From Lytechinus pictus (taxonomy: Eukaryota): a stretch of DNA of 64,000 nucleotides. Positions 13,881 through 25,814 of the stretch are shown piece after piece. Within the stretch, counting starts at the first letter, position 1, and each line of letters begins with the position of its first letter. The notes beneath the pieces are model-generated. The model was not told where the DNA came from and did no database searches. It saw only the letters and a list, made by a program, of their open reading frames with translations. Both the position numbers and the translations under genes were made by a program. The stretch is taken from positions 2,482,001 to 2,546,000 of the forward strand of contig NC_087246.1 of assembly GCF_037042905.1 (NCBI RefSeq). The letters run 5' to 3'.

Positions 13881-15470
13881 GGCAAAAAAAGGATAGTTAT
13901 GGTTACAAAATGATGCTAGAATTATATGAATTAATTAAAGTAGAAGAGAGTTTAGTTTACTTCCACTTGTTGTTGACATCGCCATCTTTGATCCTTTGTA
14001 AATGCAACCTAAGTTAGTTACGTAACGCATATAGAGGGCGGCAAAATCATGAGCGGTGCTAGATTAAAAAGTGCTAAAATGTCCAACCACTGAACTAAGT
14101 TAGAAATACAAAGAGAAAACATATTGCATCTTGCCTTCTACGGCGCATTCTCGAACAATTGACCTAGCAAAATGGCGGCGGTCACTTATCAAGTTCGCTG
14201 GCGATGTTTTGCTTGGGTGTACACGACTTCCACGTATTTCTAGTTCAGTGATTGAAGCGGGTAGTGCTGTTGTCGATAGGCCTCATATCGACATACGAAG
14301 GATTTTCAAAATTCTGACATGTCGACATGCACGCACCCACATCGACATGTAAACATAAAATAAAAAGGGGTCTAGCCTAAAGTCACAAGTGTAAAGCTTA
14401 GCTGAGAAGTTAGAAGCATTTATCCACAGTAATTGGCGCGATTAAAAGGTTTATTCAGCTTAGCAGCGCATTAAACGAAAAAAGAATACCTGCGAGCTGT
14501 GCAGCAGCAGAAATACGTCAGTGTGGGGCCGGCCTGCCCGATCGAGCCGGCCGCCCTCGATCCCGACTCGCTCTAGATCTATATCTAGCGCTATAGCGAG
14601 CTGAGCGTAGCGTAGTAGCATTCACCGTACCCATCCATCGCGTGCTTGATAAAACGTTGCTCCTAAATGCATTACTTTTCACATAAACGTGAGCAGCAGC
14701 GAACACGTGTTTTTGTCAAAGTTGTGACCGCCGCAATTCAGCGCTTACTTCATATCACGAAGTCACAGAAAACTTCCCTTCATTTGTTTGGAGATCGTTG
14801 CACGGATCGCCCCGTAAGTGATACTGAAATTATCGGTCGATTTTCATTATTTTTTATTGTCAATTTGAGGAGCTTGCGTTTGCAGCACATGTGTACCAGC
14901 GTATAATACGCAATGATCACTGTTGTAATTGGTGATTCTCAAATTGACTCCGAGTATTATTGCGCAATGTTTTCGAGACCGGATCGTGGTACAAAAAATG
15001 TGGATTAAATCGGTTATTTTGGAAGTGAATTCACTCCAGCTTGGTAAAAAATATGTTTTCCCGAACTGAGCCTGTATTATATAGATCTAGTGTGGGGATA
15101 TCACTCGTGTCAAGGTGAATACATTTAATTGAGAGTGTTGTTCCACGATCGAATGCTTTTTTTATGTTAGGGAGCCTAGGCTAAATTACGGTCCCCTTTT
15201 CATGTCGACATTGTCGATGTCGGGATTAATTTTTAAGCGACATGTCGACATTGATTTTTGTTTCCGACAACAGCACTAGAAGCGGGACATTTTAACACTT
15301 TTTAATCTAGCACCGCTCATGATTTTGCCGCCCTCTATACGCATAACGTAACTAGGTTGCATTTACAAAGATGGCGATGTCAACAAGTGTATAAAGTAAA
15401 CTCTCTTCTACTTTTATTAATTCACATAATTCTGGCATCATTTTGTAACCATAACTATCCATTTTTTGCC
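13881..15470. mobile_element. MITE with ~200-bp inverted arms, hosting the hAT insert at 14262-15278
   Basis: GGCAAAAAAAGGATAGTTATGGTTACAAAATGATG ... CATCATTTTGTAACCATAACTATCCATTTTTTGCC; no TSD seen. Confidence 0.7.
14262..15278 (+). mobile_element. hAT-like non-autonomous element, copy 1
   Basis: TIR TAGTGCTGTTGTCG; 8-bp TSD GAAGCGGG; subterminal ATGTCGACAT repeats. Confidence 0.9.
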
Positions 15471-15851
15471 AAACGTTGTCAACCAATATTTTTACCCATG
15501 TACAGAAGTGTTAAAACTAGAATCTAAACATAACTAGCAGTTTGGCGCATTTTTATAGTTGCATTTTTCTTTGGTGTGTGGGAGCCTATAAGTACAAATG
15601 CCAGGCGTAAGGGGAGTGACCATACGTACAGTATATTACTTTCACTCCCCAAACGCCTCCAGGCTTCAACACCGTCGTAAGTCTAACTTCTTGACTAAAT
15701 CAAAGATAGTAAGCTACTTGTCCGCTAACCATTTCAAGAAAGGCAAGATCGGGGGCGCTAATGCAGTTTCGCACCCGCCGATTACAGTGCTAGCATACCT
15801 CATCACTAATAGGCTAGCAATACTTTGTCCCAAATCATGTCTTGTCATGAC

Positions 15852-16345
15852 TAGCCTGGAGGTGTCTGGGAGTAAAATTATTTCTACTACATGTATATGT
15901 AGGCTTACTCCCCATGATGCCTGGCAAGGCATTGGGCCACACAAAGGAGAGTTTTTTGAGAAAACAATGTTGCTCCAAAATATTTGATTTATTTAACTTG
16001 CTTATCACTCAATTTTGTAAATGGAAAAGAAGTTCATTTCCCCCCATTAGGCACTTATAAAGTTTTTTACACGAAAAATAATACAAATATTAAGAAAAAT
16101 CATGTGAGAAGATGACCAGATACTCACCGATGATCTTGTCGCCATATTTCCTTCTTTGTTCGTAGCCTAGTTAAAAGACGTGTATAAGAGAGGGCGACGA
16201 TATCATGAGCAGTGCCAATTAAAAAAAAAAAACTTCAGCCGATGATAATCGTGAATTATAAAATACTTGCATTAGCCAATAAATATTTATGTGCTAAGCC
16301 TACGTATAGTAGAAATAATTTTACTCCCCAGATGCCTCCAGGCTA
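15852..16345. mobile_element. TAGCC-terminus MITE (Academ-like)
   Basis: TAGCCTGGAGGTGTCTGGGAGTAAAATTATTTCTACTA / inverted copy ending CCAGGCTA; GTCATGAC duplicated on both flanks. Confidence 0.7.
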
Positions 16346-16399
16346 GTCATGACAAGTCTCTCAGTCACATTTCGTCGTCAATATACCCACTGCTTTTCC

Positions 16400-16847
16400 G
16401 GCGCTAATGCAGTTTCGCATCTGCCGATTACCAGCATACCTCATCACCAATACTTGTTCCCAGATGTCATGACAAGTCTCTTGGTTCACATTTCGATATC
16501 AATATACCCACTGCTTTCCCAAATATTGTGAGGGGTAACGGCTGTATTTTGACTGCGATCTCGAAGACATCGAATCCTCAGTCAAACACCGCTTTGCTCA
16601 CATTATTTGGTTGCTAAATTCAGTCCATATTAACATTACAGCGATGGCAAATCCAAGCGATGTCTACGGATTAGATCAGTGAGGTCAAGATCGAAGCCGA
16701 AATACAGCCGTTCCCGATCAGGATATTTTGAAAAGGAGTAGGTATATTGACATCGAAATATGACTGCGAGACTTGTCATGACATTTGGAACAGATATTGG
16801 TGATGAGGTATGCTGGTAATCGGCCGGTGCGAAACTGCATTAGCGCC
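16400..16847. mobile_element. GGCGCTAATGCAG-TIR MITE, inner copy inserted into its own family member
   Basis: Same TIR as the outer copy; exact 8-bp TSD GCTTTTCC. Confidence 0.85.
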
Positions 16848-17479
16848 GCTTTTCCAAATATTGCGAGCGGTAACACCTGTACATGTATTTTGACTGTGAT
16901 CTTGAAGGCATCGATCGTTCGAATCCTCAGTCAAACATCGCTTCGCTTGGCTTCACCGCTCGCCGTCATGTTGATATGGACTGAAGTTATGCAACCAAAA
17001 GATTCACATGCGGCATGCTGGCAGTTCGTTTGCCACATGTTCACATGATTTGGTTGCTAAATTCAGTCCATATCAACATACTGCGCACGGCGAATCCGAG
17101 TGATCCGCGAAGCGATGTCTACGGATTAGTTCAACGACGTTGAGATCAAAGCCGAAATACAGCCGTTCTCGATTACGATATTTTGTAAAGTATTGGGTAT
17201 ATTGACATTAAAATGTGACTGAGAGACTTGTCATGACATTTGGGAACAAGTATTGGTGATGAGGTTTGCTGGTAATCGGCCGGTGCGAAACTGCATTAGC
17301 GCCAGATTTTGGACAACAACCTAACTAAATAGTAAATATTTATGACACCTCCAAACCTTCAACCTGTCAACTTCTTTCTTAATGATAGACGGTAGTGGCA
17401 TCACATGGAAAGCCAAGAGAGCACCGATGGGTGTATTACGTGCCGCTGTGTACAATGTCAACAGTTGCATGGCAATCCC

Positions 17480-18145
17480 TACCTCGAGCAAAGTTTGTGC
17501 AGGCTCCACTCCACTTAACTACGGCTACACAACACTACGCTCCACCTACTCGAACTTCGAGACCATGAACTCGATCTGATATTCTGAGTGACAGATGTGG
17601 GATTTTATGGGGGTGGGGAATATAAAATTCATGCAACATCTTGATTTTTAAAAAGAATTAAAACTAATATTCTTACTTTACACAAAGTTTCATTTAGTTC
17701 CATGCTTTTATCAGTCTCAAAATTGGTGATTTAGAGCCAACATGAAGTTCCTCACACATATTTATAATTCGCTGCCGATTTCAAAACATTGCATGCGGAT
17801 GCAATATGCGCGATATACCGGGTCTGGTCTGACCCGACCGACCTCACGCGCATGCGATGTATTGAATATTGATACGTGTGAGAAACTTCATGTTGGCTCT
17901 AAATCATCAATTTTGAGACGGATAGAGGCATGGGGAAGAAGTGAAACTTTGTGTGCAGGAAGAATATTAGTTTTAATTTTTTTAAAGAGCGTGATGTTGC
18001 ATGAATTTTATATCCCCCCCATAAAATACCACTTTTTGTCACTCGGAATATCAGATCCAGTTCACGGTCTCAAAGTTTGGGTAGGTGGAGCGTAGTGTAG
18101 CAATAGTGAAGTGGAGTGGAGCCTGCACGAACTTCACTCGAGGTA
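17480..18145. mobile_element. Palindromic MITE, TACCTC...GAGGTA family
   Basis: Almost wholly self-complementary about ~17820; exact 9-bp TSD GGCAATCCC. Confidence 0.88.
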
Positions 18146-18544
18146 GGCAATCCCACAAATTTAAAAGAGGTTTCTATAAAATCAAGTCCGGCCTTCTATG
18201 AACATGACAAACTTACGAAAAGATGTGAAGTCAATTCACCCTAAATATCATCAATATCCCTCAAATAGCTTCATTTAAGCACTAATTTCTCTTCCGGTTG
18301 ATAAAATATGGATCCGTCTTTAATTTCCAAAATTGTTCATCTAATTAGCTAAAGGACGCATGTTTTAGACATATTAAAGACACTACATAGAAAAGACTAG
18401 GCACAAAGACTATTATACATGTAAATCGATGCAAAGCATTACGCGATGTCGGCAAAGTGTCCAATCTTCTTATTGTAAAGACTTTAGCGACAATAACAGA
18501 CTGTGAGTAAGGTTAAAATGCTCCTCTACTTTTAATGTTTTCAT

Positions 18545-19579
18545 TAGTGCTGTTGTCGGGAACAAAAATCTATGTCGACATGTCGCTTAAAAATTAATCC
18601 CGACATCGACAATGTCGACATGAAAAAGGGACCGTAATTTAGCCTGGGCTCCCTAACATAAAAAAAGCATTCGATCGTGGAACAACACTCTCAATCAAAT
18701 ATATTCACCTTGACACGAGTGATATCCCCACACTAGATCTATATAATACAGGCTCAGTTCGGGAAAACATATTTTTTACCAAGCTGGAGTGAATTCACTT
18801 CCAAAATCACCGATTTAATCCACATTTTTTTCTGGAGAATCAAATTTTTGTACCATGATCCGGTCTCGAAAGCATTGCGCAATAACACTCGTAGCCAATT
18901 TGAGAATCACCAATTACAACAGTGATCATTGCGTAGTATACGCTGGTACCATGTGCTGCAAACGCAAGCTCCTCAATTTGACAATGAAAAATAATGAAAA
19001 TCGACTGATAATTTCAGTATCACTTCCGAGGCGATCCGTGCAACGATCTCCAAACGAATGAAGGGAAGTTTTCTGTGACTTCGTGATATGAAGTAAGCGC
19101 TCAATTGCTGCGGTCACAACTTTGACAAAAACACGTGTTCGCTGCTGTTCACGTTTATGTGAAAAGTAATGCATTGAGGAGCAACGTATTATCAAGCACG
19201 GTGAATAGCGCGCGATGGGTACATATTTCCGTGGATGGGTACGGTGAATGCTACTCTCGCTATAGCGGGATATCGAGGGCGGCTCGATCGGGCAGGCCGG
19301 CCCTGCACTGACGTATTTCTACTGCCGCACAGCTCGCAGGTATTCTTTTTTCATTTAATGCGCTGCTAAGCTGAATAAACCTTTTAATCGCGCCAATTAC
19401 TGTGGATAAATGCTTCTAACTTTTCAGCTAATCTTTACACTCGTGACTGTAGGCTAGACCCCTTTTTATTTTATGTTTACATGTCGATGTGGGTGCGTGC
19501 ATGTCGACATGTCGGAATTTTGAAAATCCTTTGTATGTCGACATCAATGTCGATATGAGGCCTATCGACAACAGCACTA
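18545..19579 (-). mobile_element. hAT-like non-autonomous element, copy 2 (inverted relative to 14262-15278)
   Basis: Same TIR; own 8-bp TSD GTTTTCAT; highly similar to the reverse complement of copy 1. Confidence 0.9.
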
Positions 19580-21032
19580 GTTTTCATTGATTTTATGTTG
19601 AATATTATTAAAGAATATGACTCTTTGCACCTGAATTGTAACACTGAAATATGGAAATGAAGAAGTTTTATCATCATGTATTTTTATTAATCTGCAAATA
19701 AAATTTTACTATGTCACTCAAATTCATTTCATTTCATTAAAGATTCAAAGAGGGATCTCTGGATGATCGAGCAACAAGTCCAGCATTATGTGGGAAAGAT
19801 ACTACAGGTGTACACAGAAAAGGCAATGATCATGTACAAGACACGGTTGGAGTTCATAAAAGGTGATTATGTAGGCATTCACTTCAGTAGATATTATAAT
19901 TGCAAAATTAAGCAGATTGTATTCATGCAGTGGCATACAGTGTAATCCTTGTTAGAAGATGTAGATTTATTCTTCATTTTTTTATTAAAGAGTTTCAATA
20001 TGTGCTTATGACAATTTGTTTGCATTATAAATTGTTTGTCACTCTTCGGCTTAGTTTGCTTTATAAGCAAGAATATGCTAAGAGAGATAGCCGCAAGGAC
20101 CTCATGATCAGATAGGTATGTACTTGTGAAAAGAGATCTAGATGGTGGCAAAACACCTTATTTCTTGTATTTTTATGTTGTTCATGTTATCGTAATGGTA
20201 CGTGTGTTTTTTTTCTACAGATTAAGCTGCCTCGTGCTATACAGACGTGGATAAAAACAAGCTGTCTAATGAATGGTGACTACTCAAGAGGAGCCAGAAA
20301 GTCAACTAAGGCCAGGGTATTTTGGGAGTTGATATGGCCGGGGAAGGGGGGGAGGGGAGGGGGTTTCCAGGGCCCCCCCCCCTCCCTTGAGATCTCGACC
20401 GCACAATCGCGTCTTACATTGGCACATGGGTTGTCTAGGGCATAATTTACAAAATTAAATTGTAAATTATTTCACGCAAATTGTTATTAAGTGATAATAC
20501 TAATTTATGCGTAATTAGAATACAAAATCATACTTTTTCCTCTATTGCATTGACTTTGTACACAAAATCACGTTTTTGAGCAATTTTTGGTATGACATGT
20601 ACTTACATAATGTCACGTTATTACAGAACCACGTACCGGGTGACACAAGATTGGTCTCAAAAGATGCACAAGACTAGAAAGAGGCATGTTTTTAAAAAAT
20701 TGTGCGACAGCATGGTCGCAAAATTTTTGGAAGGGGGGGGGTCAAATTGGTCCAATTTAACTGAGGGTTAATAACTGGGAGGCTGTTAGCTGCCTTTTTA
20801 CTTTCAAGTCTTGCACATCTTTTGAGACCAAATTTGTGATGCCTGGGTACGCTGTTCCGAAATTTTGCAACATTTTTATGTATTAATCCAACACAAATAC
20901 TGTTTCTTGCTAAAAATTCACAATTAGTATACCAGTAATATACATTTATCAAGATTAAAGTCAAATTATTTAATTACATTTATAATCATGAAAACTTTGA
21001 TAAAGTATAAAAAAAACCCAAAGAGTTGTATG

Positions 21033-21995
21033 TAGGCCTGGGACTTTCGGGTTTTTTCTCTTCGGGTACCCGTGGTAATTTTCGGGCGGGTACCCGAAAA
21101 TCATGTCACTTGAAATATGACTGGTGGAAAAACCCCATAGGTGACGTCATCAAGCCAATGCGATGCAAGCCAATTTATGAATGAAAATATAGTAAGCATG
21201 CGCATTGCAAGCCTCCCGTGCCCCACGCAGTATTCAATCGAAACAATTAAGTTTCAATACTCTGTCACCTCGTACCAAAATCGACCTAGAATTCCACTTT
21301 CCTATATTTCATATGAATTATAAAAGGTTTTCTCACCGATACTGCACAGGTAAGCAAATTTTTATTACTTCTTGCTTTTCCGTCAAAATCTTACGAAGTA
21401 GCGTCGATATTACATCGTGTTCGTGAGTTTGTATCGCTACGTGAACAAAGTCAATTGATTTCAGGGTTTCGGAGCGTCAAATGTGCCAGCCAATCACGAT
21501 CGTGTTCCCATTTTCGGTTTATGATGAACTAAAAATGGTAACAAGAACGTGATTGGCTGGCGCTTCGTAGGTCGATTTTGGTATGAGGTGACAGAGTATT
21601 GCAGACTTGTTTTGACGGAATACTGAGTGGGGCTGAGGCTTGCAATGCACATGATTACTATATTTTCATTCATAAATTGGTTTGCGTCGCAGTGGCTGGA
21701 TGACGTCACTGCGCTGCAAAAGAAACATGGCGATGATTGAACGATCTCGGTCACATCATCATCACTTGAAAACTTGTATATTTATGGATATTTAGAGGGT
21801 AATTGGTGAAATTCAAAATGAGGCTTGTGTACTTTTGTGATGAGTTACAATCATGTCTTACACTACGCAATACAAATCAAATACATGTACATTATACTGG
21901 TGAGCAATTTTCGGGTATCGGGTATTGATTTTTCTACCCGGGTACCCAAGGCTTCCGGGCGGGACCCGGGTACTCGGGTTTTAGTCCCAGCCCTA
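21033..21995. mobile_element. hAT-like non-autonomous element
   Basis: TAGG(C/G)CTGGGACT TIRs; 8-bp TSD GTTGTATG; subterminal GGGTACCCG repeats. Confidence 0.88.
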
Positions 21996-22445
21996 GTTGT
22001 ATGAAAATTTTCAAAAATAATGAAAGGTAAAAGAAAACAAGATTACAATGTCCATTGCAAGGGGGCTAGTCTATTCAGGATAATTGGGATTTTATTTAGT
22101 TTTTAATTGACATAACATTATGACAAGATCCCTCCATTTAGTGTATAAACAGCACATGGCCATGATTGAAATTCATATAACATTAAAGTATGCAAACCAG
22201 GCAGCTACATGTACATGTAGGACTCACTGCTTGTCAATTCTATTGTCTGCCAGGGTCAAGTGACATACAGTGCACATGTATAACGTGTGTGAAAGTACAT
22301 AAGAAAATCAGCTTTTTATTTTTGCACTGTAACATTGGGTGAACTGGTGATCACTTTGGATATGATGCTCTTCATATTGGTTTATTTTATGTATATGAAT
22401 TTTTGGATAATCATTAAGAATTAAAGCTATTTACTTAATATATGG

Positions 22446-22893
22446 AAGCATAAGCCCATCAAAAAACAGAATTATGTCATGTACAGCTAATTCATTTTGC
22501 GTGATATTACAATTGTAATTGTTTACTTGAGCAAGTAATTTGAATTGCTGCATGACCTAAACAATAACATGTTCCAATTCGAATAGTAACATGACCTAAA
22601 GAAGAGTTACTCCACGTCGATTGAGAGTGCTTATGTTAAATAATTGATGTTGCTACTTCAAATAATTGAGGTCAATCAAATTGGTCAATTTTGAGCTATA
22701 TGTCATAATTAATTAGGTCATATACTAATTGAAATTACTAAATGGCTCGAGTAGGTATGAATTCACGTTGCCACATGACCTTAATTATTTTATGTAGCAA
22801 CATCAAGTATTGAACGTCATTTAGTTATCAATTATGACATGTAGCAAATCAAATTACATGCCGCAATTTCGTGTTTATGATGGGCTCATGCTT
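22446..22893. mobile_element. Degenerate MITE
   Basis: Imperfect inverted ends aagcataagcccatca / tgatgggctcatgctt; internal catgacc/atgtagc repeats. Confidence 0.5.
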
Positions 22894-23382
22894 ACATTCA
22901 TATATAACCCTTCAATACGTAGTTGGAGCAATTCTTAGACAAGAAGACTGTAAAACAATGATATGCCTATTCAATGTCAAAAAGGTTAATGTCTCAATAG
23001 ATTTGATCTACGTTTTGGCAAAGTAATCTTATGTTCATATTTTTTCTAACCTATGGTGAACATTCTAAATCATGTGAAATTCATTCAAAAATATCTTTCA
23101 GTATTTATGGACTTAAGTGAATTCTAAGCAAAATGAAGTGATTATGATTACGTTCATGTACTTTAAGTTTATACTGGTGATCAACACATCATAATTTCAT
23201 CCCTTACTGTATGTGCACCATGCATTATCTGTACATACAGAAGTGGTTATCCATTGTTTCATAACATGGTTGAGTAAAGGATGTTCTGCTTTTAGTATTA
23301 AGCCAATCGGGTGTTGACAAGAAGGGGAAAATGCAATTGCTCAGCTATTACAGGTTTTTTTGCAACCATAATACTGGTTAAG

Positions 23383-23551
23383 CCTTGGTTACATTCGCCG
23401 GCTCGTGGCCTTACGTCGAGTCAAAATTAGCAGTTTTAATCATCCTTGTACCAGCTACTACCAGCTACACGTGGGTGGTTTGTACAGGAATACCTAAAAC
23501 TGCTGATTTTGTCTCGCCGTAAGGCAACCGGTCAAGGAATGTGACCAAGGT
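23383..23551. mobile_element. Small PIF/Harbinger-like MITE
   Basis: ccttggttacattc ... gaatgtgaccaagg inverted ends. Confidence 0.5.
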
Positions 23552-24279
23552 ATTAATAATAATCGCTTAATGTTGTGTTAGAGGGAAGGATTCTGGGTCG
23601 AATCTAGCTTTCTTTATGTGATCTCAAAATGGCAGCAATGTATGAATAGTGAAAGTAGTTCATGTGGCATCTCAATGTTGGTGGATATAAATCTTTGTAC
23701 ATGTATTATCCTAAAGATGAAATGTTACTGCATTATTCTAGCAGTCATTTATGATATCAAAGATGTTCTATACTGTGCATAGTACAACTCATACATAATA
23801 AAGGTATGTGAATATGCTTTTAACGTCTTTGCAAATTTGTGGGTTTTTTCACCCCTCTTTTCATTAGTCAAGATGTCAAAGTTGTTGTGCTGGATCACAG
23901 GAAATTCTTACAAACTACTACGCCTAACAAACCAGTGCAGGACGGTGTCGTGAGAAAATCGCACAGACTACTACAGGACAATACCATAGGATTGTCACAG
24001 GAAATCAACAAGAATATCCCTTCAGGATTACCACAGTAAAGTATCACAAGAAGGCTGCAGGATGAGACCAATAATGCCACAGAAGATATCAAAGAACAGT
24101 ATCACAGGAATACCACAGGACAGTACTGCAGGAATTGTCCTGCGGTAAGGTCTCTTGGTATTCCTGCAGTACTGTCCTGTAGTACTGTTCTGTAGTACTT
24201 TCCTGTGATACTGGTCTGCGGAATTCCTAAAGTACTGTCCTGTCATACTGTCCTGTGATACTATTTATCACCACAGGAT

Positions 24280-24445
24280 AGTATCACAGGACAGTACTAC
24301 AGGAATACCAGACCAGTATCACAGGACAGTACTACAGGAATACCAGACCAGTATCACAGGACAGTACTACAGGAATACCAGACCAGTATCACAGGACAGT
24401 ACTACAGGAATACCAGACCAGTATCACAGGACAGTACTACAGGAC
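24280..24445 (+). repeat. 35-bp tandem repeat (4+ copies) in the right subterminal array of the CACTA-like element
   Basis: Unit CAGTATCACAGGACAGTACTACAGGAATACCAGAC, head to tail. Confidence 0.9.
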
Positions 24446-25193
24446 ACAGTACCAGAAGCCTGCGGTATTCCTGCAGTACTGTCCTGTAGTACTGTTCTGT
24501 AGTACTTTCCTGTGGTACTGGTCTGCGGAATTCCTAAAGTGCTGTCCTGTCATACTGTCCTGTCATACTATTTATCACCACAGGATAGTATCACAGGACA
24601 GTACTACAGGAATACCAGACCAGTATCACAGGACAGTACTACAGGACACAGTACCAGAAGCCTGTGGTACTCCTGTAGTACTGTCCTGCGATACTGTCCT
24701 GTAGTACTTCCCTGTGATACTGGTCTGCGGAATTCCTGTAGTACTGTCCTGTCATACTGTCCTGTCATACTATCATGTGATACTATCCTGTGATATTCCT
24801 GTGATACTGTCCTGTAGTACTAGTAGTGGTGTGGTAGTGGTTGTAGCTGTTGTAGCGGTTGTGGTGATCGTGTCCTGTCATACTTCCTGCCATACTTATG
24901 CGGTTATTACCACAGGAAGTATCACAGGACACGGACCTGTTGTACTCCTGTTGTACATTTCTGTAGTACCGTCCCAAATTACGTGCACGTAATTCCTGCA
25001 GTACTTTCCTGCGATACTTCCTGCAGTACATATCACAGAGTACTACAGGAATTTTTTGTAAGGGGAGGTACGGTGCTCTCTGAGTCTCTGTGTCATTACA
25101 AAGATTGCATTTATCTTCATTGTTGAAGGCATTACGCATACATATATGCAGCAACACTCTAATCAGAAAGAAACACCAGACTCTAATTTTGGC

Positions 25194-25814
25194 CCACCCA
25201 AGGGTTCATTACATGCCGCCGCGCACAGAAAATTCAAGCCATAGAGGTCGTGGACCCAAGAAGTGAGATCCCAGCACGCGCGACCCACTAGTTAGAAATC
25301 CACTGCCAAACGCGGTTCGTGGTTAGTATACTAATACTAACCTCGCAATACGTACTAGTAGTATACTAATACTAACCTCGCAATACGTGTGAGTGATTTT
25401 GGCCAGGAATCAGGGTAATCACTGCTGAAAATTTGTCTGGCTTCATGACATCGGCATCATGGTGTGTAATTCTGTGTATAATAAAAACTTAAACATTCCT
25501 CTGAAACAGCAGATTTTCAGCCATGGTCCATACCACTCAGTGCTCCTAAATAATTTAATCGCCTGCCTGAGTCCTGTTACTGTCCTGACCAGTTTTAGAA
25601 ATCTGAAGAAAAAATCTGCTGGAATTGTGCCACTCACACGTATTAAGTATACTAACCTCGCACCACGAACCGCGTTTGGCAGTGGATTTCTAACTAGTGG
25701 GTCGCGCGTGCTTAGCCTGGAGGCGTCTGGGATCTCACTTCTTGGGTCCACAACACACGACTTCTATGGCTTGATTTTTCTGTGCGTGGCGGCATGTAAT
25801 GAACCCTTGGGTGG
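25194..25814. repeat. Foldback with ~130-150-bp inverted arms
   Basis: CCACCCAAGGGTTCATTACATGCCG... / ...CGGCATGTAATGAACCCTTGGGTGG. Confidence 0.8.

Larger units (their letters stand above)
15754..17303. mobile_element. GGCGCTAATGCAGTTTCGCAC-TIR MITE (Merlin/MULE-like), outer copy
   Basis: TIRs at 15754 and ending 17303; TSD degenerate (agatcggg / agattttg). Confidence 0.7.
8989..25064. mobile_element. 16-kb CACTA/EnSpm (CMC)-like element with long subterminal repeat arrays
   Basis: TIR CCCTTACAAAAAATTCCTG(C/T)AGTACT at both ends; 2-bp TSD GA; subterminal arrays at ~8990-10800 and ~23895-25064. Confidence 0.78.
8836..25070. mobile_element. Palindromic MITE (TACCTC...GAGGTA family) split by a 16-kb insertion; pieces at 8836-8988 and 25065-25070
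   Basis: Left TIR TACCTCAAGTGATGT; right TIR ACATCACTTGA|[insert]|GGTA; flanks tggtgctc (8828-8835) / cggtgctc (25071-25078); an intact relative lies at 17480-18145. Confidence 0.8.

Noticed and set aside
14262..19579. A single 5.3-kb element with 1-kb TIRs
   Set aside because: Each 1-kb copy has its own TIR pair and a different 8-bp TSD
24280..24445. 35-bp direct repeats of CRISPR-like length
   Set aside because: Head-to-tail with no unique spacers, no cas genes, and a eukaryotic transposon subterminal context
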